Shown here: positions 1 to 9,250 of the stretch, piece after piece
Layout of the letters: every line of letters begins with the position of its first letter
How positions within the stretch are numbered: position 1 is the stretch's first letter
DNA from: Candidatus Hermodarchaeota archaeon
GTDB taxonomy: Archaea; Asgardarchaeota; Lokiarchaeia; Sigyniarchaeales; SOKP01
Length of the DNA: 27,489 nucleotides
Assembly: GCA_048885525.1 (NCBI GenBank)
Contig: JBHLLP010000048.1
Location: forward strand, 1-27,489
Direction of reading: 5' to 3'
Program-made: the position numbers and the translations under genes
Notes under the pieces: generated by a model
What the model was told of the DNA's origin: nothing
The model's database searches: none
The model's input: the letters and a program-made list of their open reading frames with translations, nothing else

Positions 1-2
1 TA

Positions 3-101
3 TTATCCGAATCTATGAAGTTAGGAGAAAAACAGAGACCTTCTAGAAAATCGATTGAAGAGTTTGTATTTTTAAATGAATACAGAAAAAAACTAATTTA
101 A
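3..101 (+). CDS. 3' end of a gene entering from the left edge, possibly nitroreductase family (partial)
   Basis: Open frame from the window edge reads LSESMKLGEKQRPSRKSIEEFVFLNEYRKKLI, TAA at 99-101, converging on the activase gene. RKSIEEFVFLNEY resembles the R-K-x-x-E-E-x-V C-terminal tail of nitroreductases. Only 32 codons visible. Confidence 0.4.
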   Translation, partial: LSESMKLGEKQRPSRKSIEEFVFLNEYRKKLI

Positions 102-142
102 AATTAGTTCTCAATTAAAAAAAAGAATTTAGTATAAATATT

Positions 143-1063
143 CTAAAAATCGATAGTAACGTTAAGATTGTAGGATTCTATTACCTTTTTAAAATCTTGT
201 AATTGTTCATCTTTTATAAGAAAGGTATTAGTAAGAGGGTATATTCTATCTAAATATTTATATTTGTGTTTTCCCCATTCATGATATTGTAATAAGGAGA
301 CTTTTTCAATTGGTTTTCCTGATAAAAATTCTGCTAATTCCCTCATAAATTGATTAGAGTCGTTAAAATCAGGGATAACTGGAATTCTTATCCAAACCTT
401 TTTTCTTTTTTTGAGAATTCTATTTAAATTATTTACTATTAATTCATTTTTTACTCCTGTCCCCATTTGATGCATTTCTGAATTTAGATGCTTTATATCA
501 AAAAGCACTAAGTCCACATAATCCAAAATCTTTTCAATTTCTTCCCATTTAGCATAACCTGTAGTATCTATACTAGTATGGAGTGATCTTTTCTTAAATT
601 CCCTTAGTAGATTGAGTGTGAAATCTATTTGATAAAGAGGCTCTCCTCCCGAAATCGTTACCCCCCCTCCTGAATTATTATAAAATAATTCATCTCTCAT
701 AACTTCACTCACCACTTCATTCACAGTTACTTTTCTACCTATATGGTTGATAGCACCTAGAGAGCATGCGGATACGCATTTCATGCATAAATTGCATTTA
801 TCTCTATTTATTTGAATAGAATTTTTAGAGAGAATTATAGCTTCTGGTAAACAAGCGTCTAAACACTTTCCGCATTGATTACATTTCTCTCCTCTTAAAA
901 AAATTTCTGGATAAGGGTTAATTGACTCAGGATTTGAACACCATTTACACTTAAGCGGACAACCTTTTAGAAATACCGTTGATCTAATTCCAGGACCATC
1001 ATGGATGCTGTATCTTTGAATATTAAAAATTATTCCTTCGTTTCCTGTCTGGCTCCCTTTCAA
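143..1063 (-). CDS. Glycyl-radical enzyme activating enzyme (radical SAM with 2x[4Fe-4S] ferredoxin insert)
   Basis: IFNIQRYSIHDGPGIRSTVFLKGCPLKCKWCSNPES (CX3CX2C), inserts CNQCGKCLDAC and CNLCMKCVSAC, GGVTISGGEP, DTTGY, DIKH. Directly downstream of the GRE; TTG start. Confidence 0.95.
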   Translation of the reverse strand: MKGSQTGNEGIIFNIQRYSIHDGPGIRSTVFLKGCPLKCKWCSNPESINPYPEIFLRGEKCNQCGKCLDACLPEAIILSKNSIQINRDKCNLCMKCVSACSLGAINHIGRKVTVNEVVSEVMRDELFYNNSGGGVTISGGEPLYQIDFTLNLLREFKKRSLHTSIDTTGYAKWEEIEKILDYVDLVLFDIKHLNSEMHQMGTGVKNELIVNNLNRILKKRKKVWIRIPVIPDFNDSNQFMRELAEFLSGKPIEKVSLLQYHEWGKHKYKYLDRIYPLTNTFLIKDEQLQDFKKVIESYNLNVTIDF

Positions 1064-1087
1064 AGGAACTGCCTCTTAAGCTTATTT

Positions 1088-3445
1088 CTAAAAACACTGT
1101 GGTGTTCGAGCTATTATTGAATCCTGTAGGTCTTTACTTAGATCCACAAAAAATGCTGAATATCCCGCTACTCTTACCATTAGATTTAAATATTTTTCAG
1201 GATTCTTTTGAGCTTCTTCCAGTGTTTCCTTTCCTACTGCGTTAAATTGAATGTGATGGATTCCTAAATCTGCCCAAGTTTTTAAATATTGAGCAAAAAC
1301 TTCAGCATTGTGCCCCTTTAAGTATTGAGGCATAAAACTCTGATTGAGAAGATGGTTCCAGCTACTTATAGGATCTACTTTTGATACTGATTTCAATACC
1401 GCTGTTGGTCCCTTTTGATCTCTCCCTTGTACTGGCGAAATACTTCCATCATGAAGAGTTTCTCTAGCTTTTCTTCCATCTGGGGTTGCTTCGCAACCTT
1501 TCCCTAAGAACCAGAATGCGGATGCAACAGTTCCATCTGGAATACACGGAGTTCCAAAATTTGTTGTGCATTTCATTGTTTCAATAGTAATTCTTTTACC
1601 GATTTCGGCTGATATGGAATCGACATAATCATCATCATTACCAAATTTAGGAGCTTCAATACACATTCTTCTAATTTCTTCATATTTACCCCTAAAATTT
1701 TTCTTAACAGCATCAACTAGTTCCTTCATTGTAATCTTTTTATCATCAAATACTACTTTTTTAATTGCAGCAAAGGAATCGGCAACATTATTAAGACCAA
1801 GTATAACCACATCCCTATAATCAAGAATATAATTCCATGCTCGTACATCTTGTGCTCTCTCGATTGAATCATCAAGTATAGCTGAAAGGAAAGGTCGAGG
1901 TACATATTCTTGATAAAATACATCTGCTATATTTGATAAAAAGACTAATTTCTTGATCCTGAATTTATAATTCTCCATAAACTCATCTATTAGTTCCTCA
2001 ATTGTGGTTGCTTTTTCTCCAATTGTTTTTAAAGTTTTTGTCAGTTCTTGTGGAACAGGTATAGCTGTAGCCCATGCTGAACGATGATTGAAATTCTTTC
2101 CTGGGATTGTTGGAACCATACAATTATTTATAGAATAATTTCTAGCATCATGTATAGGAACTCCTAAAGTTAAAAGTCTTGTAATAATAACTTTGTCATT
2201 AAAGAAGGCTGGTTGAGGCATTCCTGTACTTATCACTTCGATTGATTTATCGACTAATTTTTTAGGTATCTGATCATTCCATCTGAGAGCTAATGGAGGC
2301 GTAACTGTTCTTACTTTATTCATAGCATCTAAAACAATATAAGACATCTCATTTGTTATATCATTACCCTTAGAATCTGTTCCGCCAATAGTAATAGTTT
2401 GGAATCCTATAGCACCTCCTCCTGCCCCAGACCATATTGGGGGATGGAGAAAACCTGTTTCTTGAGATTTTACAAAAATGCATTCGACTAATTCCTGAGC
2501 TTCTTCTCTAGTGATAATAGCTTTCTCCAAATCATTCTCATAAAAAGGATTAAAGCATACGTCAAATCTAATTCCATCTCCAACCATCGGAACATCAATA
2601 AAGTTAATAATAAGATGAATCAACCAATAAAATTGTAACGCTTCGTAAAGCGTCCTTGGGGGATTTTCAGGTACCCATTCACAATTGCTTGCTATAATTT
2701 CGAGTTCTCGCTTTCTCACCGGATTATCAATATTTTCAATTTTTTCCCTTGCTAATTTGGTGTATCTTTTTGCCCAATTAATTGCACCATTTAATGTAAT
2801 AACTACCCCTTCTAAAAATCTCTTCTTCTTTACGTAATCATCCCCATTAAGATTTCCATCTAGCCATTCCTTTTCAAGCCTAGCTTTTCTTTCCTCAGCC
2901 TCTTGTATATATCCTTTCAATCCTATTTGGAATAATTTTTCGAAATTTGGAGTAGCAGACTCCCAATTAAAAACATAAAATTCATTATATAACTCTTTTG
3001 GGATTGTATTCTTGAATAAATGATGAATTGCTAAATTCTCCCAATATGAATCTATCTTTATCAATTCTTCCCTTTCTTCAGAAGTTAATAATTCTGAATA
3101 TATTTGTCCGGGTGCCGTTTCTCTCTCCACCCATTTATATGAAAACTCAGGATAATGAACAACCGAGTCTGGTGTGGATGCAAAATTTCCCACTATTAGC
3201 TCATCAGGTCGAATATAGAGTGTCATATTCTCTAAAATATATTTTAATGCTTCTGCTCTCCTTAATATCATTGGTTTTCCTTCTGTCTGCTTATAAGATT
3301 CAGTTAATAATTTAGCTCTCTCTAAATCCAATGTCCATCTCATTCCAGGTCTATTTGCTCTAGCATCATCAGCAATATCGATGTTGGCAACTTGAAGAGA
3401 TTTTATTGGTGTACTCATCATAAGTTTTTGAGTTCTCTCAGTCAT
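1088..3445 (-). CDS. Glycyl radical enzyme (PFL2/PflD superfamily), fumarate-adding-enzyme-like active-site loop
   Basis: C-terminal glycyl loop HIQFN...LMVRVAGYS (Gly761), single-Cys thiyl loop YSINNCMVP (Cys442), APKFGNDDDYVD, ATPDGR, ITIGG. GRE class is secure; substrate is not. Confidence 0.92.
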   Translation of the reverse strand: MTERTQKLMMSTPIKSLQVANIDIADDARANRPGMRWTLDLERAKLLTESYKQTEGKPMILRRAEALKYILENMTLYIRPDELIVGNFASTPDSVVHYPEFSYKWVERETAPGQIYSELLTSEEREELIKIDSYWENLAIHHLFKNTIPKELYNEFYVFNWESATPNFEKLFQIGLKGYIQEAEERKARLEKEWLDGNLNGDDYVKKKRFLEGVVITLNGAINWAKRYTKLAREKIENIDNPVRKRELEIIASNCEWVPENPPRTLYEALQFYWLIHLIINFIDVPMVGDGIRFDVCFNPFYENDLEKAIITREEAQELVECIFVKSQETGFLHPPIWSGAGGGAIGFQTITIGGTDSKGNDITNEMSYIVLDAMNKVRTVTPPLALRWNDQIPKKLVDKSIEVISTGMPQPAFFNDKVIITRLLTLGVPIHDARNYSINNCMVPTIPGKNFNHRSAWATAIPVPQELTKTLKTIGEKATTIEELIDEFMENYKFRIKKLVFLSNIADVFYQEYVPRPFLSAILDDSIERAQDVRAWNYILDYRDVVILGLNNVADSFAAIKKVVFDDKKITMKELVDAVKKNFRGKYEEIRRMCIEAPKFGNDDDYVDSISAEIGKRITIETMKCTTNFGTPCIPDGTVASAFWFLGKGCEATPDGRKARETLHDGSISPVQGRDQKGPTAVLKSVSKVDPISSWNHLLNQSFMPQYLKGHNAEVFAQYLKTWADLGIHHIQFNAVGKETLEEAQKNPEKYLNLMVRVAGYSAFFVDLSKDLQDSIIARTPQCF

Positions 3446-3472
3446 AATTTTATAAATTCCCTCTAACCAAAA

Positions 3473-3492
3473 TATCTTATCAAAATAAGATA
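3473..3492. promoter_or_regulatory. Inverted repeat, candidate operator of the GRE operon
   Basis: TATCTTAT-caaa-ATAAGATA, perfect 8-bp arms, about 30-45 nt upstream of the GRE ATG; further TAAGAT half-sites at 3498 and 3513. Confidence 0.45.
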
Positions 3493-3526
3493 ATTTTTAA
3501 GATTGATAGATATAAGATTAAAAATC

Positions 3527-3545
3527 TATTTAAAGGTTGTTTTTA
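3527..3545 (-). promoter_or_regulatory. Putative archaeal BRE/TATA promoter of the GRE operon
   Basis: Minus strand reads aaaaacaacc-TTTAAATA (TATA at 3534-3527), about 80 nt upstream of the ATG. The AT-rich background lowers specificity. Confidence 0.45.
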
Positions 3546-3711
3546 TGAATTCAATCTTTAATTTATACTCTAATGGTAAATTCAGAGTCTGATTTCAATG
3601 AAAATTCCATTGAAAAAACCAAAGAGAATTAGAAATCGAAATTCACGTACATAAGGCTTTTAAGAAACCTTATCTTCCATATTTTTAGATCCAATTTTTA
3701 CTCAGTGAAAA

Positions 3712-5760
3712 ATGATGTCTGATCCGAGACCCGAACAATTAATCCGCGCTGAAGAACTCATGTATAACGGGAAAGTAAAAGACGCGCTCGAAGTAGTTGT
3801 AAATTTCGAGAAAAAGGTTGAACTTACTCCTAAAGATCAATTATGGTCACTTCTTTTAAAAGGAAATATATATCGCTTAACGGCTCAATTGAAAGAAGCA
3901 GTAGAAGTTGGTGAACTTGCTTATTCGATGAGTCAAGAGTTAGGATTGGTTCCGGAATCTATTGAAGCACTTTTCCTTATGGCTGTTATGGTATACCTAG
4001 GAAAACCTGATGAAGCAATTGATTTAATTTCAAAAGCCGAAGAATTATTTAATTCTCTTTCAAATGGATCTCCCGCTAATATTACTAAGTTAAAATTTCT
4101 TCTAACGTATATAAAATCTAGGATCTATCTTCAGAAGAATAACATTAATACTGCATTAGATTTAGCATTGGAAGCTTTAACTCTGGGAGAAAAAATCAAA
4201 TATGATGTTCAAGTTGGATATAATTTAGATTTATTCGCCGTTATATATCTTCATAAAGGAGAACTTGATACAGCCTTAGAATACGCCATAAAGAGTTTAA
4301 AGCTCTTTGAAAAATTAGATTTTCAGACCGGTATCGCACAAATTCTTTTCACAATAGGTTTAATATATTTTAGTAAGGGAGATCTTAATAGAGCATTAGA
4401 CTTGTGTAAGAAGTCCCTATCTATAGAGAAAATAAGCGATTATATAAAAGCTAGCTCAACGAGGACTCTCGGACAGATTTACCAGAGTAAAGGTGAGTTA
4501 AATAAAGCTTTAAAATATATTAAACAGTCAACCAAATTTGCAGAAGAAAATTTAAATTACTTTACTTTAAGCTTTAATAAACGGCTTATAGGGGAAATTT
4601 GCAGGGAGGAAGGTGAAAATGATCAAGCTATAGAGTATTTTAAGCAGGCCTTGGCACTTAGTGAAAAGATTGGAAGTCCTATAGCCATGATATACCCGTT
4701 GTTAGCCTTATTATTAATTAACCTTGATAACAACTCCCGTAAACAAGCACAAGAGTATTTAAAACGCTTAGAAAATCTCTCAGATCAGCATGAAAGCATA
4801 CTAATTGAGCAGGGATGTCTATTAGGAAAAGCATCAATATTAAAAAACAGTGGTCGAATGCGTGATCATACTGATGCTGAAAGACTATTAAAACAAATAG
4901 TTGAGCAGGATATTTTTTACCCTCAATTTCATATTTTATCGATAGTCTCATTGTGTGATCTTCTCTTAGAGGAACTATCTATCTATAATAATCCAGAAGT
5001 ATTAGATGAGATATCCCCATTGATTATGCAACTTCTTAAAATCGCAGAGAACCAGCATTCATTTTCATGGTTGGGTGAGGCTAAATTACTTCAAGCTAAA
5101 TTGGCTTTAATCCAGATGAGCATAGAAGAAGCGAAGAAAGTATTGACAGAAGCTCAACAAGTCGCTGAAGAACAAGGTCTTAACTTGTTAGCACAAAAGA
5201 TTTCTAATGAACACGATATTTTACTTGAGAAAACTGATGAGTGGGATAAACTTAAGAATGAAAACGCTCCGATGGCAAATAGAATCGAATTAGCTTCATT
5301 TGACGGGATTATTGACCGATTACAAGGAAAGCAGGCAATAGATCCTCCTGAGTTGGTGGAAGAGGAGCCTATATTACTTTTAATCATGAGTGAAGGCGGG
5401 ATCACATATTTTAACCATCTTTTTGTGTCTAATTGGGATCACAACGACCTGTTCAGCTCCTTTTTGTCAGCGTTTAACACCTTCAGCGACCAGTTCTTTT
5501 CGAAATCCATCGATCGTATACGAATAGGAGAATTTACAATCTTAATAAACCCAGTTTTGCCATTTTTAGCATGTTATGTCATTAAAGGTCAGTCGTATCC
5601 GGCATTGCAGAAGTTAACGCGTTTTACCGAATCAATAAAAGAGAACACAGAAATTTGGGAAGCTCTTAAAAAAGCTGCAAAAACCAGTGAAATGTTAGAA
5701 CTCAATAAACCTCCTGCGCTTAGAACCGTGATTAATGAGATCTTTACTTATGCTTCATGA
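3712..5760 (+). CDS. Tetratricopeptide-repeat protein with C-terminal longin/roadblock-like domain
   Basis: Repeated TPR consensus (IYLHKGELDTALEY, IGLIYFSKGDLNRALDL, LGQIYQSKGELNKALKY, IGEICREEGENDQAIEYF). The C-terminal ~130 aa has a beta-beta-alpha-beta pattern (ILLLIMSEGGITYF...LFSSFLSAFNTFS...IDRIRIGEFTILI). Confidence 0.85.
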   Translation: MMSDPRPEQLIRAEELMYNGKVKDALEVVVNFEKKVELTPKDQLWSLLLKGNIYRLTAQLKEAVEVGELAYSMSQELGLVPESIEALFLMAVMVYLGKPDEAIDLISKAEELFNSLSNGSPANITKLKFLLTYIKSRIYLQKNNINTALDLALEALTLGEKIKYDVQVGYNLDLFAVIYLHKGELDTALEYAIKSLKLFEKLDFQTGIAQILFTIGLIYFSKGDLNRALDLCKKSLSIEKISDYIKASSTRTLGQIYQSKGELNKALKYIKQSTKFAEENLNYFTLSFNKRLIGEICREEGENDQAIEYFKQALALSEKIGSPIAMIYPLLALLLINLDNNSRKQAQEYLKRLENLSDQHESILIEQGCLLGKASILKNSGRMRDHTDAERLLKQIVEQDIFYPQFHILSIVSLCDLLLEELSIYNNPEVLDEISPLIMQLLKIAENQHSFSWLGEAKLLQAKLALIQMSIEEAKKVLTEAQQVAEEQGLNLLAQKISNEHDILLEKTDEWDKLKNENAPMANRIELASFDGIIDRLQGKQAIDPPELVEEEPILLLIMSEGGITYFNHLFVSNWDHNDLFSSFLSAFNTFSDQFFSKSIDRIRIGEFTILINPVLPFLACYVIKGQSYPALQKLTRFTESIKENTEIWEALKKAAKTSEMLELNKPPALRTVINEIFTYAS

Positions 5761-5941
5761 AATTCAGTTTAATAATAATCCCTTTGAAATTGGAATGGAA
5801 AAGTAAATTTATCAACTATTAACTAACATTCTAATTTATAATAAAGATTCTTGATATGATTTTCTGATTTAAGTTCATTTTTAATAATATTAATAGCTTA
5901 TAACCCGCGTTTTGATATTGTATAATACTTATAATTTTCTT

Positions 5942-8020
5942 ATGATGACAGGAGAAGCAGAATTTAATAAATTAATAAACGAAAAGAGTCCATATTTACA
6001 GCAACATGCTAATAATCCAGTAGAGTGGTATCCATGGGGAGAAGAGGCATTCAATAAAGCAAAAAGAGAGAATAAGCCAATCTTTTTATCGATAGGATAT
6101 TCAACTTGCCATTGGTGCCATGTTATGGCTCATGAATCCTTTGAAGATGAAGAAATAGCTGAATTGATGAATGAAGTATTTGTATCAATAAAAGTGGACA
6201 AAGAAGAGCGCCCAGATATAGACAAAATATATATGACTGTTTGTCAAATGATGACTGGTTCAGGAGGATGGCCATTAACAATAATAATGACTCCCGAAAA
6301 GAAGCCATTTTTTGCTGGGACCTATTTTCCAAAACAAACCAGATTTGGACGAATTGGATTAATAGACTTGATTAAACGCATAAAAGAACTTTGGATTAAT
6401 CAAAGAAATGAATTATTAAATTCTGCGGATCAGATTACTTTCAGTATTCAAAATATAGATCAAGAATCTCCTGGTGAGAAATTTTCAGAGAACATTCTGA
6501 AAAAGGCATTTCGACAATTATCAATTCAATTTGATTCTGTTAATGGTGGATTTGGAGATCATCCTAAATTCCCAACCCCACAGAATCTTACATTTCTACT
6601 TCGATATTGGAAACGGACTAGAGATGAAAAAGCATTAGAGATGGTTGAAACTACACTTCAAGCAATGAGAATGGGAGGAATTTATGATCATATTGGTTTT
6701 GGATTTCATAGATATTCAACTGATTCAAAATGGCTCGTTCCCCATTTTGAGAAGATGTTATATGACCAAGCATTAATTGCTATGGCGTATATTGAAGCTT
6801 ATCAAGCTACTAAAAATGATCTATACAAAAAGACAGCTCAAGAAATCATTTCTTACGTTCTAAGAGATATGATTTCACCAGAAGGAGGGTTCTATTCAGC
6901 TGAAGATGCAGATAGTGAAGGAGAAGAGGGAAAATTTTATGTATGGTCAAAAGAAGAATTAGAACAAACCCTTAAAAAGGATAAAATTGAGTTAGCTATG
7001 AAAATCTTTAATATCGAGGAAGCCGGAAATTATTTTGAAGAAGTAACAGGGAAAAAAACAGGCAAGAATATTTTATATTTGAAAAAACCAATAGATATAG
7101 AAATATTTGAAAGTTTTGAAAAAATTCGTTTAACTTTATTACAAAAAAGAGATAAAAGAATAAAACCTCATAAAGATGATAAAATTCTAACTGATTGGAA
7201 CGGATTATTTATTGCTGCTTTAGCCAAAGCTGCTGTAGCTTTCCAAGAGAAAATGTATTTAGATATAGCAAAGAAAGCAGTTCTTTTTATTCTTTCAAAA
7301 CTTCAGGAATCTAATAATAAACTATTACATCGATATAAAGATGGAGTCTCTGAAATTCAAGCTTATTTAACAGACTATGCCTATTTTATTTGGGGTTTAA
7401 TAGAATTGTATGAAGCTACTTTTGAAATTTTTTATTTAGAAACAGCCCTTGAATTATATAATATCCAAATAGAAGATTTTTGGGATGATGATATTGGTGG
7501 TTTTTATTTCACTGCAAAAAATGGTGAGAAGTTATTAACTAGACAAAAAGAAATATATGATGGAGCGATTCCTTCAGGGAATTCAATTGCTATGCTAAAC
7601 TTGCTTAGATTAAGTTACATTACGGGAAATTATGAATTAGAAGAAAAAGCAGATATCCTTCACAGAGTTTTTTCTAATAAAATTAAAGCTAATTCACTTG
7701 CTTATACTCAATTTTTGGTTGCTATAGATTTTGCAATTGGTCCAAGTTATTCACTAGTTATCGCAGGTGATTCAGGTGCTAGAGAAACTATCGAATTAAT
7801 GAAATCAATTCAAAAGGAATATCTTCCAAATAAAGTAATTATCCTTAGAAACACAGAAGAGAATTTTTCAGAGATGGATAAATTATCAAACTTTATCCAA
7901 TTTTTCGTTAAAATAGAAGATAAAGCAACGGGATATGTTTGCATCAATAAAACATGTAAGCCTCCTACTTCAGATCCCCAAAAAATTTTAGAGTATCTTA
8001 ATCCAATATGGAAATTTTAG
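5942..8020 (+). CDS. Thioredoxin-domain (DUF255) protein, YyaL/SPATA20 family
   Basis: [74 protein letters not shown] at 5942 preferred over the TTG at 5912. Confidence 0.93.
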   Translation: MMTGEAEFNKLINEKSPYLQQHANNPVEWYPWGEEAFNKAKRENKPIFLSIGYSTCHWCHVMAHESFEDEEIAELMNEVFVSIKVDKEERPDIDKIYMTVCQMMTGSGGWPLTIIMTPEKKPFFAGTYFPKQTRFGRIGLIDLIKRIKELWINQRNELLNSADQITFSIQNIDQESPGEKFSENILKKAFRQLSIQFDSVNGGFGDHPKFPTPQNLTFLLRYWKRTRDEKALEMVETTLQAMRMGGIYDHIGFGFHRYSTDSKWLVPHFEKMLYDQALIAMAYIEAYQATKNDLYKKTAQEIISYVLRDMISPEGGFYSAEDADSEGEEGKFYVWSKEELEQTLKKDKIELAMKIFNIEEAGNYFEEVTGKKTGKNILYLKKPIDIEIFESFEKIRLTLLQKRDKRIKPHKDDKILTDWNGLFIAALAKAAVAFQEKMYLDIAKKAVLFILSKLQESNNKLLHRYKDGVSEIQAYLTDYAYFIWGLIELYEATFEIFYLETALELYNIQIEDFWDDDIGGFYFTAKNGEKLLTRQKEIYDGAIPSGNSIAMLNLLRLSYITGNYELEEKADILHRVFSNKIKANSLAYTQFLVAIDFAIGPSYSLVIAGDSGARETIELMKSIQKEYLPNKVIILRNTEENFSEMDKLSNFIQFFVKIEDKATGYVCINKTCKPPTSDPQKILEYLNPIWKF

Positions 8021-8115
8021 AATAAAATAGTATATTATAGTTTTTCTAAAAAAATAATTTTATTTTAGAGATATAGGAACAGTATTAATTTTTGCAAATG
8101 TGAAAATAAGCAATT

Positions 8116-8250
8116 TTAATAATCATCATCTAATTCTTCATAATCGCCGTCGTCATCCCAATCTTCATCATCATCATCCCATTCTTCATCATCATCATCC
8201 CAGTCTTCGTCATCATCATCCCAATCTTCTTCATCTTTCTTTTTTGCCAT
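8116..8250 (-). CDS. 44-aa highly acidic Trp-repeat microprotein (not in ORF track)
   Basis: Hand translation MAKKKDEEDWDDDDEDWDDDDEEWDDDDEDWDDDGDYEELDDDY*. GGAGG at 8262-8258, 7 nt before the ATG. Repeat units differ at synonymous or D/E-conservative positions. Confidence 0.8.
   Translation of the reverse strand: MAKKKDEEDWDDDDEDWDDDDEEWDDDDEDWDDDGDYEELDDDY
8152..8229. repeat. Imperfect 21-bp tandem repeat (about 4 units) encoding E-D/E-W-D-D-D-D
   Basis: Trp codons (cca on + strand) at 8158, 8179, 8200 and 8221, exactly 21 nt apart, separated by (atc)n/ttc triplets. Confidence 0.9.
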
Positions 8251-8748
8251 TTAATTTCCTCCTATTATAATATTTTTTCTTTCTTTTTAATTATGATTTT
8301 GAGTTGAAATAAATTTAATAGTATTTCAATTAAATGAATTATAATATTGTTTATTTAAATTTTTCTATTAGAATGTGTTATTATCAAATTCTAAAAGAAG
8401 TTCATTATAAATTAAGCAATAGAGAATTATCGTGGTTTTAACTATAGAAGCATTAATGGCATAATTATCAAAAATCTAGGCGTTAATTCTCACAATGCTA
8501 ATTAATAATTATAAAATAATAACATAAACAAATTGGGAATATACTGAGAAAATATTATTGTAGAGTTATCTATAATAAATTTTTTACAAATTTCTCGAGA
8601 ATTATATTTAATTTGGTTTTTGAGAGCCATTTATCAATCATATGGATATATATTATAATATATTTTAGAAATCTCTTTATATTTATTGAGAAAATTAATT
8701 AATAAAAAAAAAGTTAAATTTTAAAGGATTTACGTTTATTGTGTGATT

Positions 8749-9045
8749 TTATTTTTCTCGATAGTCTTCACCGTCAACAATTTGCATTTCAGCTATTGAA
8801 TCGATTCCTATTCCTTTAATATTTTCATCCCATATTTTTCTGATTGATTCAGCATCCTTTGCATTCCATTCACAATATAACTTCTCATGATCTAATACTG
8901 CCCAGGTTCGTATCCAATAAGCATCATAATTACAAGCTTTTCTTAGTTTAATTATCATTTTGTTTTCTTCAGGTGGTACTTCTGCCATTTGCTCTAAAGC
9001 ATTTCGAGGTACAGAGTGTACAACAATAAATTTTGGCATATTCAT
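8749..9045 (-). CDS. Small DUF4242-like (SCO4226 nickel-binding-like) protein
   Basis: MPKFIVVH...WIRTW...KLYCEWNAKDAESIRK matches the family pattern as I recall it; start may be the second Met at 9039. Confidence 0.6.
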   Translation of the reverse strand: MNMPKFIVVHSVPRNALEQMAEVPPEENKMIIKLRKACNYDAYWIRTWAVLDHEKLYCEWNAKDAESIRKIWDENIKGIGIDSIAEMQIVDGEDYREK

Positions 9046-9250
9046 ACATCAATTTTTATTTTTTTTATGATATTGAATTTCGTTATTTCATTTTGGATCT
9101 CAATTTGAAACTAAAAGTCATTAACAAATATGTCAAGATATAATAAAAATGTTTCTTAAAATTGATCATTCATAAAAGTATACTCTATGTTTGTTCTGAA
9201 ATAGAAAAATTAAGTGTATTTTATGAATAAAAAAAAACCAATTTTAAATA

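Noticed and set aside
3028-3315. 95-aa + strand ORF
   Set aside because: Antisense shadow wholly inside the GRE gene; no motif.
1088-3445. Annotation as pyruvate formate-lyase (pflB) or choline TMA-lyase (cutC)
   Set aside because: Lacks the PFL Cys-Cys pair and the GCVE motif; the activase has a ferredoxin insert unlike PflA.
4718-6332. Minus-strand ORFs 4718-4951, 5154-5405 and 6123-6332
   Set aside because: Antisense to well-supported TPR and YyaL-family genes; no independent coding signal.
8152-8229. CRISPR array or non-coding microsatellite
   Set aside because: No unique spacers; the 21-nt period and third-position variation fit a coding repeat.
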